Virus record (IMG/VR): IMGVR_UViG_2713896776_000008
DNA from: a virus
Taxonomy: Duplodnaviria > Heunggongvirae > Uroviricota > Caudoviricetes
Reading direction: 5' to 3' (one strand)
DNA length: 35,334 bases
Below the pieces are notes generated by a model that was given only the letters and a program-made list of their open reading frames with translations, was not told the origin of the DNA and ran no database searches. Positions within the stretch are counted from its first letter, which is position 1, and every line of letters starts with the position of its first letter. This document shows positions 16,847 to 25,031 of this stretch, piece by piece. The position numbers and the translations under genes were made by a program.

Positions 16847-17648
16847 ACTGGCGTACTGCATGACGCTGCCCCCCAAACGGGCTATCAGTTACCTGAAGTC
16901 CAAAGGGTATAGCTTCACGTGGGACTGGGAGGAGATGTGGCAGGATGCCCATGCCCGCGCCTTTACCGTCGCCAAAGTGACCCGCCTTGATATCCTGGAA
17001 GATATTCGCGGGGCACTGCAGCAGGCTGTCGATGAAGGAAAAACAGGCCGCTGGTTCCGGCAGGAGCTGGAGCCGGAGCTGCAGCGCAAGGGATGGTGGG
17101 GGCCACGTGATACCACCGACCCGGTAACGGGCGAGCCGGTCACCATCCAGCAGGGCAGCCCGTGGCGGCTCGACACCATCTTTCGCACCAATATGTCCGT
17201 ACTCTACAGCGCCGGTCGCTGGGCCGAGCAGATGGAGAACGTCGACGACAGGCCGTACTGGATGTATACCGGCATCAACGACAGCCATACCCGCAAGAGC
17301 CATCTGGCGCTGCATGGTCTGGTGCTGCGCTATGATGACCCGTTCTGGCAGGCGTTCTACCCGCCGAACGGCTGGCGCTGCCGTTGTGGCGTGATTGCCC
17401 TGAGCGCGGCGGATGTGCGTGCCCGTGGCCTGAAGGTGTCAGGTTCTGGCTCAGCCATGGGATGGGAGCTGAAGCTGGTCTCAGAGAAAACAGGCGAGAT
17501 GCAGAATGTCGCTACCTTCAATACCGGCACCACGAAGGTGGCCACCGACGTCGGCTGGTCTTATGCGCCGGGGGCTGCATACCGTCCCGACCTTGCCCGC
17601 TATCAGGGTACGCTTCAACCGCTGGCACAGCAGGAACTGAGAGGATAA
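16827..17648 (+). CDS. head morphogenesis protein (Mu F / gp30-like)
   Basis: ATG at 16827 overlapping portal 3' end; conserved ...HTRKSHLALHGLVLRYDDPFW...NGWRCRCGV motif region. Confidence 0.7.
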   Translation: MSVTTAELAYCMTLPPKRAISYLKSKGYSFTWDWEEMWQDAHARAFTVAKVTRLDILEDIRGALQQAVDEGKTGRWFRQELEPELQRKGWWGPRDTTDPVTGEPVTIQQGSPWRLDTIFRTNMSVLYSAGRWAEQMENVDDRPYWMYTGINDSHTRKSHLALHGLVLRYDDPFWQAFYPPNGWRCRCGVIALSAADVRARGLKVSGSGSAMGWELKLVSEKTGEMQNVATFNTGTTKVATDVGWSYAPGAAYRPDLARYQGTLQPLAQQELRG

Positions 17649-17650
17649 CG

Positions 17651-18109
17651 ATGGCTTCCGATAACCTGGTCAATGTCACCATTAACGATGAATCCCTGCG
17701 CCGGAGCCTCCGTGCGCTGGATCTGGCTGCCACAGACCTGGAACCCGCGATGCGCAAAATCGCCGGAACCCTGCTGGCGGAAACGCAGTTTAACTTTCTC
17801 GATGAGGGGCGTCCGGGGTGGACTCCCTCGCTGGCAGCGCAGGAGCGCGACGGGCAAACACTGCAGGATACCGGGCGTCTGATGGGGTCAGTATCAACCG
17901 ATCATGATGACCGGCAGGCTGCTGTCGGCACTAACGTTGTTTACGGCGCTATTCACCAGTGTGGGGGTAAAACGGGGCGTAATGAGTCCGTCGAACTTCC
18001 GGCCCGTCCTTTCCTGCCGCTGACGGGGGACGGTGAACTGCAGCCTGAAGTGGTTGTCCCCATCCTCGATACGATTGTCCGCCATCTTGAAGCAGCGGCC
18101 CGTCGCTGA
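17651..18109 (+). CDS. virion morphogenesis protein (Mu G-like)
   Basis: ATG at 17651 after GAGGA; 152 aa; position after F. Confidence 0.65.
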   Translation: MASDNLVNVTINDESLRRSLRALDLAATDLEPAMRKIAGTLLAETQFNFLDEGRPGWTPSLAAQERDGQTLQDTGRLMGSVSTDHDDRQAAVGTNVVYGAIHQCGGKTGRNESVELPARPFLPLTGDGELQPEVVVPILDTIVRHLEAAARR

Positions 18110-18153
18110 GTTTTGTCTCTACAGGCGGGTGATTTATCATTGCCAGCCGCTGA

Positions 18154-18189
18154 GGGGCTGTATTACCTTTATAAAGGCTTTACAGCCCC
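18154..18189 (+). other. nested stem-loop GGGGCTGTA-[tta CCTTTATAAAGG ctt]-TACAGCCCC downstream of G
   Basis: 9-bp perfect stem enclosing a 12-bp perfect palindrome; 45 nt after G stop; no U-run follows. Confidence 0.35.
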
Positions 18190-18323
18190 CGCTTTGCACC
18201 ACTATTCGCCTGCAGCGTGACATTCCCCGTACTGATACCCCCGATTTTTTCTAAAGCAGATTAAAAGCGCCGCTGACGCTTTTTCCACAGACTGTCCCCG
18301 ACAACGTAACGCGGGACAGCAAA

Positions 18324-19421
18324 ATGCCAGCCATTCACATTTTTAAAGCCGGTACTCATACCGATATGCACGGCACGAAACTGCCGTTCACGCAAAGCGA
18401 TCTTGCCGCCTGCGTGAAAGCCTATGACCCGTCCGTCCATGAAGCACCACTCGTTATTGGCCACCCAAAAACGGAAGACCCGGCGTGGGGCTGGGTGAAG
18501 TCCCTGTCGCTTAACGGCGGCGATCTGCTGGCAGAGCCTGACCAGCTCGACCCGCAGTTTGCCGAACTGGTGGGCAACGGACGCTTCAAGAAGGTCTCCG
18601 CCTCGTTCTATCTCCCTGACTCACCGAACAACCCGAAGCCCGGCACGCTTTACCTGCGTCATGTCGGCTTTCTGGGGGCGCAGCCACCTTCCATTAAGGG
18701 GCTGAAGCAGGTTTCGTTTGGTGAGAAAGAAGAAGGCGTCGTGGAGTTTGCCGACTGGAGTGATATCACCAATGCCTCTTTATGGGGCCGTCTGCGCGAT
18801 TTTCTGATTGCTCAGTTCGGGCTGGACGAGACCGATAAGGTGCTTCCTTCATGGCAGGTGGACTCCCTGCGTGAAGAGGCTTACCGCGACACCGGGAAGT
18901 CTGAACCGGACTTCAGTGAGCACAATCCCAACCCTCAACAAGAGAACAGCACCATGACTGAAGAAGAAATCAAAGCGCTTCAGGCGGAAAACACACGTCT
19001 GAAAGCGGAAGCCACCCAGCGGGCAGAACAGGAAGCGAAGAGCAAGCAGGACAAACTGCACGCGGAGAACGTCTCCTTTGCCGAGAAGCTGGTTGGCGAT
19101 GGCCGCCTGGCCCCCAAAGCGAAGTCGGTAGTCGTGGCCATCCTGGACGCGGTTTCTGCAGGTGACAAGCCGGTTGAGTTTGCTGAAGGCGATACCCGCA
19201 CCCCGCTGGCCACGGCGTTTAAGACGCTGCTGGACAGCACTGATCCGGTACTGAATTTCAGTGAGCACGCGACCAAAGACCGCGTGAACACGGATATCAA
19301 AACGACGTCAGCGGAGTTTGCTGAAGCCGACCCGGAACGTCTGGCGCTGCATCAGAAAGCGCTGGAACTGTCGAAAAAAGAAGGCATCAGCTACGACGCT
19401 GCTGTCTCCCGCTGCCTGTAA
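18324..19421 (+). CDS. head protease/scaffold protein (Mu I-like)
   Basis: MPAIHIFKAGTHTDMHGTKLPF... N-terminus typical of Mu I family; Ala/Glu/Lys-rich coiled-coil C-terminal half (scaffold). Confidence 0.75.
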   Translation: MPAIHIFKAGTHTDMHGTKLPFTQSDLAACVKAYDPSVHEAPLVIGHPKTEDPAWGWVKSLSLNGGDLLAEPDQLDPQFAELVGNGRFKKVSASFYLPDSPNNPKPGTLYLRHVGFLGAQPPSIKGLKQVSFGEKEEGVVEFADWSDITNASLWGRLRDFLIAQFGLDETDKVLPSWQVDSLREEAYRDTGKSEPDFSEHNPNPQQENSTMTEEEIKALQAENTRLKAEATQRAEQEAKSKQDKLHAENVSFAEKLVGDGRLAPKAKSVVVAILDAVSAGDKPVEFAEGDTRTPLATAFKTLLDSTDPVLNFSEHATKDRVNTDIKTTSAEFAEADPERLALHQKALELSKKEGISYDAAVSRCL

Positions 19422-19434
19422 TTAAGGAGAGAAC

Positions 19435-20388
19435 ATGTCTGACTATTTAAAGGGTAAGCGCGTCGTTGACCCGGTGCTGACCAGCATCGCACGCGGTTAT
19501 AAAAATGCCGCGTTCATCGGCGAACGCATCTTCCCCATTGTCCTTACCGATAAGGAAGGTGTGACCGTGCCGACCTTCGGTAAATCCGCTTTTGTGGAGT
19601 ACGACACCGAGCGTGCCGTGGGGGCTGACAGTAACGTTCTGGTGCGCGAGAAAACCGGCAAGCTGGACCTGGTTCTCAACGAGCACGATCTGGCTGCGCC
19701 GGTGGACTATCGCGAGCAGGCGGAGTCGATGTTCAACGAAGAGGCCAAAGCCATTCGCCGTGTGACGAGCGGCGTCAACCTGAAGCGCGAACTGTATGCG
19801 GCCCGTCTGGCCCAGGACAAAAACGTCTATCGCGCGGCTAACGTCAAAGCGCTGGCTGCGGCTGACCGCTGGGGCGGTGGCAAGGGTGACCCGATTGGCA
19901 TCATTGAAGGCGGGATCGAAGCGGTGCGTAACGCCACCGGCCTGCGTCCGAACCTGATGACCATGGGGGCCAGCGTGATGTCGCTGCTGAAGTTCCACCC
20001 GGCGATTCAGGCCGCGATTGGTGCCAACGAGCGCAAGCGTATCACCATCGAAATTCTGAAAGACCTTTTCCAACTGGAAGATGTGGCGATCGGCGAGCCG
20101 GTCTCCATGGCCTCCATGAAAGACGCGCAGAACAAGGACAAAGTCCCGACCGATATCTGGGGTGACAACCTGATGCTGCATTACGTTGGCAAACCGCAAC
20201 CAGGCACCGACAGCGCCGACGAAAACGAGCCGTCATTCGGTTACACCCTGCGCCGTAAAGGGATGCCGGTGGCGGATAAATACGACGGTGTCGGCGGCAA
20301 AGTGAAGTACTGCCGTTATACCGATATCTACAAAGTCGCCGTGGTCGGTGGCGATGCCGGGTATCTCGTCACCAACATCGTGAAATAA
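19435..20388 (+). CDS. major capsid protein (Mu T-like)
   Basis: 317 aa, AAGGAGA RBS, follows protease/scaffold; family resemblance. Confidence 0.8.
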   Translation: MSDYLKGKRVVDPVLTSIARGYKNAAFIGERIFPIVLTDKEGVTVPTFGKSAFVEYDTERAVGADSNVLVREKTGKLDLVLNEHDLAAPVDYREQAESMFNEEAKAIRRVTSGVNLKRELYAARLAQDKNVYRAANVKALAAADRWGGGKGDPIGIIEGGIEAVRNATGLRPNLMTMGASVMSLLKFHPAIQAAIGANERKRITIEILKDLFQLEDVAIGEPVSMASMKDAQNKDKVPTDIWGDNLMLHYVGKPQPGTDSADENEPSFGYTLRRKGMPVADKYDGVGGKVKYCRYTDIYKVAVVGGDAGYLVTNIVK

Positions 20389-20398
20389 GGAGACGGTC

Positions 20399-20755
20399 AT
20401 GGGTACAACTCAACAGGTCATTCTGACCACCACCGTGACGGCCAGCGCGGCGCTGACGCAACAGCGCTTTGTCGGTGCCGATAATGGCCCCTGTCAGGCC
20501 GGTGCCGTGGCGCTCGGTGTGGCAGAGGTGGATGCTGCTGCCGGTGATGTAACGCCGGTCAACGTACTGGGTATTGTTGCCGTCGAGGCTGGTGCTGCGA
20601 TTGCTAAAGGGCAGAACGTCCAGTCGGATGAGAATGCCTGCGCCGTTCCCCAGACAGCCGCATCGGGCGAGACCCCGGCGGGCATTTCTGCCGGGATTGC
20701 GCTGGATGAGGCGCTGGCCGAAGGTGACGTTATCCGTATCCTGCGCGGGGTGTGA
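20399..20755 (+). CDS. small Ala/Gly-rich head-associated protein (DUF2190-like)
   Basis: 118 aa, AAGGAGAC RBS, immediately after capsid gene. Confidence 0.45.
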   Translation: MGTTQQVILTTTVTASAALTQQRFVGADNGPCQAGAVALGVAEVDAAAGDVTPVNVLGIVAVEAGAAIAKGQNVQSDENACAVPQTAASGETPAGISAGIALDEALAEGDVIRILRGV

Positions 20756-20756
20756 T

Positions 20757-21203
20757 ATGTACTGCACCCTCGCGGATTTGCTTGAACAGGTTCCTGAGCG
20801 GACGCTAATCCAGCTCACCAATGAGGAGCTGGACTTCGACTCGCCCGCGACGGTGAAAACTGAGGTGGTGGACAGCTGTATTCGCTATGCCGATGAACTG
20901 ATTGATGCCCATCTGCGCGGACGCTATACCCTGCCGCTGGCGGAGATACCGACCGTTCTGCGGGACATTGCCATCACGCTGGTGCGTTACCGGCTCTACA
21001 CCCGCCGCCCGGAAGGGGCTGTCCCGGATACCGTGAAGGATGACCACAAAGAGGCCCGGCGACAGCTGGAGGGGTTGCGTGACAACAAGCTGACGCTGGG
21101 GCTGCAGTCCACTCAAAAAGACGTGCCTGAGTCCGGTGAAATCCGGGCGCGGGCACGTCGCCCCACCTTTGGCGGGCGCGATGGCTTACTGGAGAAATAC
21201 TGA
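20757..21203 (+). CDS. Mu gp36-like protein (DUF1320), head completion/connector candidate
   Basis: ATG at 20757; 148 aa; position and family resemblance. Confidence 0.55.
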   Translation: MYCTLADLLEQVPERTLIQLTNEELDFDSPATVKTEVVDSCIRYADELIDAHLRGRYTLPLAEIPTVLRDIAITLVRYRLYTRRPEGAVPDTVKDDHKEARRQLEGLRDNKLTLGLQSTQKDVPESGEIRARARRPTFGGRDGLLEKY

Positions 21204-21667
21204 TGAACGTTCTGCCCGTCCTCGATGCAGTACTGACCCGGTTACGGGAGAAGCTGCCGCAGCTGCAGGTGGAGTACTTCCCGGAGAAACCGGCTGAGTA
21301 TCGCCTGAATCATCCGGTTGGGGCGCTGCTGGTGAGCTATGCCGGGTCGCGCTTCGATAAGCCGAATGATATCGGTGCGGTGCTCCAGACTCAGACTATC
21401 CAGCTCTGCGTCACGGTAGTTTTCCGCCAGCTCAACGGTAAAAGAGGCGCGATTGACGTTCTGGATGCAGTCCGTCGCATCCTCGGTGGCTACACCCCGC
21501 CGAACTGCCGCCGTCGCATCTGGCTGACCCGCGAGGTGTTTATCGGTGAGGTCAAGGGGCTGTGGCAGTACGCCCTCGACTTTGCCACTGAAAGCGTCTT
21601 TATCGAAGACAGCGATTTACCGTCCGGCCCGCTGTTAACCGAAGTGAACTATGAGGAAAGCGAGTGA
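21203..21667 (+). CDS. Mu gp37-like protein (DUF1834)
   Basis: 154 aa; start overlaps upstream stop; position. Confidence 0.5.
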   Translation: MNVLPVLDAVLTRLREKLPQLQVEYFPEKPAEYRLNHPVGALLVSYAGSRFDKPNDIGAVLQTQTIQLCVTVVFRQLNGKRGAIDVLDAVRRILGGYTPPNCRRRIWLTREVFIGEVKGLWQYALDFATESVFIEDSDLPSGPLLTEVNYEESE

Positions 21668-21918
21668 TGAAAGAATACCGCTATTCCGGCCCGGCCAGCG
21701 GCGTCACGCTGTCGGACGGAACCGAAATCCTGCTCTGGCCGGGGAAGAATGTTTCCCTGCCGGAGGAGCATGACTATGTGAAGGTACTGGTGGCGCTGAA
21801 GCATCTGACACCGGTATCTGAAGAGACTAAACCCGCCAGCACACCGGTTGTGCAGTCACCAAAGCGCAGGAACGCCGGCGACAACGATGTGAAAACGGAG
21901 GACTCCCATGGCAGCTAA
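21664..21918 (+). CDS. small hypothetical protein (84 aa) preceding sheath
   Basis: GTG/ATG start 21664/21667; overlaps sheath start. Confidence 0.4.
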   Translation: MMKEYRYSGPASGVTLSDGTEILLWPGKNVSLPEEHDYVKVLVALKHLTPVSEETKPASTPVVQSPKRRNAGDNDVKTEDSHGS

Positions 21919-23335
21919 CTATCTGCATGGCGTCGAAACCATTGAGGTGGAAAACGGTGCCCGCCCGGTAAAAACGGTGAAGTCTGCCGTCATTGGCCTG
22001 ATTGGTACCGCCCCGATGGGGGACGTCAATACGCTGGTGCAGTGCCTGTCTGAGAAAGATGCAGCGGCGTTTGGCAGCCAGCTCACCGGTTTTACCATTC
22101 CGCAGGCGCTGGATGCGATCTACGACCATGGGGCAGGCACCGTTCTGGTCATTAACGTGCTTGATCCGGCTGTGCATAAAACCGCTGTGGCCGATGAAGA
22201 TGTAACGTTCGACAAGGCGACGGGCAAGGCACAGCTGGCTAATCCGGTGGTCGCGCAGCTGGTACTGAAACCGGACAGCGATGGCCAGCCTTATGTGGAA
22301 GGTCAGGACTACTCGCTTGATGCACAGACCGGAGTGATTACCAACCTTGGTAAGAGCATTGCCGCAGATGCAACGGTGAAGGCCAGCTATAACTATGCTG
22401 ATCCAACTAAAGTCACCCCGGCTGATATCATCGGTGCCGTTAACGCTGCGGGCAACCGTACCGGCATGAAGCTGCTTAACGACAGCTTCAACCTGTTTGG
22501 CTACTTCGCAAAAATACTGATTGCCCCGGTCTTCTGCACCCAGAACAGCGTCTCGGTTGAGCTTATCGCCATGGCTGAGAAGCTGGGCGCGGTGACCTAC
22601 ATCGACGCGCCGATTGGTACCACTTTTGCGCAGGCTCTGGCGGGGCGTGGCCCGGAAGGCACCATTAACTTCAACACCAGCTCCGACCGCGTCCGTCTGT
22701 GCTACCCGCACGTCAAGGTGTACGACGCGGCCACCAACAGCGAACGGCTGGAGCCGCTGAGCCAGCGTGCTGCAGGTCTGCGTGCCAAAGTCGACCTGGA
22801 CAAGGGCTACTGGTGGTCGTCCTCCAACCAGGAAATTCTGGGTATCACCGGCGTGGAGCGCCAGCTGTCGGCAATGATTGACGACCCGCAGAGCGAGGTG
22901 AACCTGCTCAACGAACAGGGCATCACCACGGTCTTCAGCAGCTACGGCAGCGGCCTGCGTCTGTGGGGCAACCGTATGGCGGCATGGCCAACGGTCACCC
23001 ATATGCGCAACTTTGAGAACGTTCGCCGTACCGGTGATGTGATCAACGAGTCCCTGCGTTACTTCAGCCAGCAGTACATCGACATGCCGATTACCCAGGC
23101 GCTGATTGATGCGCTGACGGAGTCGGTCAACGCCTACGGTCGCAAGCTGATTGGCGACGGTGCGCTGCTGGGCTTCAGCTGCTGGTTTGATCCGGCCCGC
23201 AACGAAGAGACGGAGCTTGCCGCCGGTCACCTGTTGCTGAGCTACAAATACACGCCACCACCACCGCTGGAGCGACTGACGTTTGAGACCGAGATCACCT
23301 CGGAATATCTGTTAACCCTGAAGGGGAATAGCTGA
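21908..23335 (+). CDS. contractile tail sheath protein
   Basis: 475 aa; precedes tube; family resemblance to Mu L / P2 FI sheath. Confidence 0.8.
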   Translation: MAANYLHGVETIEVENGARPVKTVKSAVIGLIGTAPMGDVNTLVQCLSEKDAAAFGSQLTGFTIPQALDAIYDHGAGTVLVINVLDPAVHKTAVADEDVTFDKATGKAQLANPVVAQLVLKPDSDGQPYVEGQDYSLDAQTGVITNLGKSIAADATVKASYNYADPTKVTPADIIGAVNAAGNRTGMKLLNDSFNLFGYFAKILIAPVFCTQNSVSVELIAMAEKLGAVTYIDAPIGTTFAQALAGRGPEGTINFNTSSDRVRLCYPHVKVYDAATNSERLEPLSQRAAGLRAKVDLDKGYWWSSSNQEILGITGVERQLSAMIDDPQSEVNLLNEQGITTVFSSYGSGLRLWGNRMAAWPTVTHMRNFENVRRTGDVINESLRYFSQQYIDMPITQALIDALTESVNAYGRKLIGDGALLGFSCWFDPARNEETELAAGHLLLSYKYTPPPPLERLTFETEITSEYLLTLKGNS

Positions 23336-23856
23336 TGGCAAAGATTGAGATCAACCGCATCACGAATGCCAACATCTACCTGGATGGCGCTAACCTGCTG
23401 GGCCGGGCCGAGGAGGTCAAACTCCCGGACGTCTCCATGACCATGCAGGAGCATAAGGCGCTGGGGATGGTGGGCAAAGTGGAACTCCCGGCAGGCTTCG
23501 ACAAGCTGGAGGGTGAGATCAAGTGGAACAGCTTTTACCGCGACGCGATGCTGTCTGCTGCGAACCCGTATAAGTCGCTGGCGCTGCAGTGCCGTTCCAG
23601 CGTCCAGCGCTACAGTTCGCAGGGGCTGATTGACGAAATCCCGCTGGTCACATTCCTGACGATCATGTTCAAGAAGAACCCGCTGGGGACGTTCAAACAG
23701 CACGAGAACGCCGAGTTCTCTAGCAGCTTCACCTGCACGTACATCAAGCAGGTACTGGATGGTGAAGAGCTGCTGGAGCTGGACTATCTGGCCAACATCT
23801 TCCGAGTCGGCGGCGTTGACCAGTTGACTGATTACCGCATCAATATCGGAGGGTGA
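23335..23856 (+). CDS. tail tube protein
   Basis: 173 aa directly after sheath with overlapping stop/start (TGATG). Confidence 0.7.
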   Translation: MAKIEINRITNANIYLDGANLLGRAEEVKLPDVSMTMQEHKALGMVGKVELPAGFDKLEGEIKWNSFYRDAMLSAANPYKSLALQCRSSVQRYSSQGLIDEIPLVTFLTIMFKKNPLGTFKQHENAEFSSSFTCTYIKQVLDGEELLELDYLANIFRVGGVDQLTDYRINIGG

Positions 23857-23858
23857 TC

Positions 23859-24152
23859 ATGGTGGTACCCAAAGTTGAGCGCAAAACGATAGACGACCTG
23901 GTGGCGTCGCTGAGTTATCAGACCCACCACTTTCCGGGCACCACGCTGACAATTGCTGTCGCGCTGATGCCAGATGGCTTTATGGTCAGCAGTGGATTCA
24001 GAGCCACGGCGCATCCGGGGTTGTTCGATGAAGAGACCGGCAGGAAGGTGGCCATCGCTAAAGCGCAGCACAATGCGACTGAAGCGCTGTGGCAGTTTGA
24101 GGGGTACAGGCTGAAGTCCCGGCTGGCATCGGGGAACAACGATGACCGTTGA
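23859..24152 (+). CDS. hypothetical protein (possibly Gp49-like family), inserted between tube and chaperone
   Basis: ATG at 23859 after GGAGGG; 97 aa; no equivalent at this position in the canonical Mu or P2 gene order (from memory). Confidence 0.45.
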   Translation: MVVPKVERKTIDDLVASLSYQTHHFPGTTLTIAVALMPDGFMVSSGFRATAHPGLFDEETGRKVAIAKAQHNATEALWQFEGYRLKSRLASGNNDDR

Positions 24153-24423
24153 GATCGAAGATAAAGGCGGGAACTGTGGTTCGATTGGCATGGGGAATGG
24201 CACCTGGTTTACCATCCTCGATATTCCGGGGGTGGAAAACCTTTTTAATACCCGTAAAACCAATGACCCGATTGACTGCACCCGCTCCAAAGCACGGAAG
24301 CTCGCTGACCTGATTGAGGCATGGGAGCCACCTGACCACTGGTTCACCGGCATCGGCAAATCCGAAGGAAAGGCACTTCTTATCGCCTTCCTGCGTAACT
24401 GCAAAGGCTTTCGTACTCACTGA
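24142..24423 (+). CDS. hypothetical 93-aa protein
   Basis: ATG at 24142 overlapping upstream stop; followed by a strong intrinsic terminator. Confidence 0.45.
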   Translation: MTVEIEDKGGNCGSIGMGNGTWFTILDIPGVENLFNTRKTNDPIDCTRSKARKLADLIEAWEPPDHWFTGIGKSEGKALLIAFLRNCKGFRTH

Positions 24424-24430
24424 TATCACA

Positions 24431-24456
24431 GGGGCTTCGGCCCCTTTCTTCTTAAT
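24431..24456 (+). terminator. rho-independent terminator GGGGCTTCGGCCCC + TTTCTTCTT
   Basis: Perfect 5-bp GC stem with TTCG tetraloop followed by a T-rich tract, 8 nt after the stop at 24423. Confidence 0.65.
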
Positions 24457-24458
24457 CC

Positions 24459-24498
24459 CCTTTAATATCCGTTCCCCGCGTCACCGGACATACTGCCC
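24459..24498 (+). promoter_or_regulatory. candidate late promoter: CCTTTAATATC-N20-ATACTGCCC upstream of chaperone/tape-measure operon
   Basis: Bipartite motif identical in sequence and spacing to the copy at 30287-30326; a CATACT -10-like hexamer would give a short leader containing AGGAG. Confidence 0.5.
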
Positions 24499-24515
24499 TG
24501 AACTTACACAGGAGC

Positions 24516-24836
24516 ATGAACATGTCACAGGTACAACTCGAAGTATTTATTCCGGCCTATCCATTCACGACCGCTGTCGGAACGCGTATTGAGCGCATTG
24601 AACTCAAGCGTCTGACTGTTAAGGACCTGAAGCAGGTTCGAAAAACCTCTAAAGACCCGGCTGACTGGGACGAACCGCTGATTGCCCGCAGTACCGGCCT
24701 GCTCCCGGAGGACCTGGATAATATGGACCTGGCTGATTATCTGGAGCTGCAGAAACGATTTCAGCAAGTCACTGGGCTGGGCAAGAGCGACGAAAACGCT
24801 GATGCAGGCGCAGGGTCTCCTGGCGAGGTGGTTTAG
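24516..24836 (+). CDS. tail assembly chaperone (P2 gpE / Mu gp41-like)
   Basis: 106 aa immediately upstream of tape-measure gene; overlapping +1-frame ORF extends past its stop. Confidence 0.6.
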   Translation: MNMSQVQLEVFIPAYPFTTAVGTRIERIELKRLTVKDLKQVRKTSKDPADWDEPLIARSTGLLPEDLDNMDLADYLELQKRFQQVTGLGKSDENADAGAGSPGEVV

Positions 24837-24939
24837 ATTTCAGCCGGGGGAGATTGATGCCCTCGATACTGACGATCTGGAGATGTGGCTGGAGCAGGCT
24901 GAAGAGCAAATCAGAAGCGAGTTCGGCGATAATCAGTAA
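24682..24939 (+). CDS. frameshift extension of tail chaperone (E'-like; open +1/-2 frame 24682-24939)
   Basis: Second open frame overlaps the 3' part of the chaperone gene and runs 103 nt beyond its stop; no SD before its internal ATG. Confidence 0.45.
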   Translation: MPAVPACSRRTWIIWTWLIIWSCRNDFSKSLGWARATKTLMQAQGLLARWFRFQPGEIDALDTDDLEMWLEQAEEQIRSEFGDNQ

Positions 24940-24953
24940 CTCCTCATCACTTA

Positions 24954-24974
24954 ACAGCCGCTACTCGCGGCTGT
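24954..24974 (+). other. hairpin ACAGCCGC-tactc-GCGGCTGT between chaperone and tape-measure genes
   Basis: 8-bp perfect stem, 5-nt loop; no U-tract. Confidence 0.3.
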
Positions 24975-25031
24975 TCTGCATGGCTCTCAGACATTTTCCT
25001 TCCGTTTTTCCGCTTTCAGAGGATAACCACC

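Noticed and set aside
18230-18323. A fourth copy of the late-promoter motif upstream of the I/capsid operon
   Set aside because: Only partial resemblance (TTAAAA ... TCCCCGAC) with different spacing; not counted.
21827-23230. Long antisense ORFs opposite confirmed genes (e.g. 21827-23230 minus, 14004-15071 minus, 19447-20199 minus, 5177-6184 plus, 3928-4596 plus, 10077-10658 plus, 11404-12057 minus, 28632-29369 minus)
   Set aside because: They lie wholly inside, and antisense to, genes with strong family signatures and RBSs; their products are Arg/Ala/Gly/Pro-rich low-complexity sequence typical of spurious frames in GC-rich DNA; none has a credible SD.
24682-24836. Standard -1 programmed frameshift for the tail chaperone
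   Set aside because: Frame arithmetic shows the extension ORF is +1 (equivalently -2) relative to the chaperone, so a -1 slip cannot join them.
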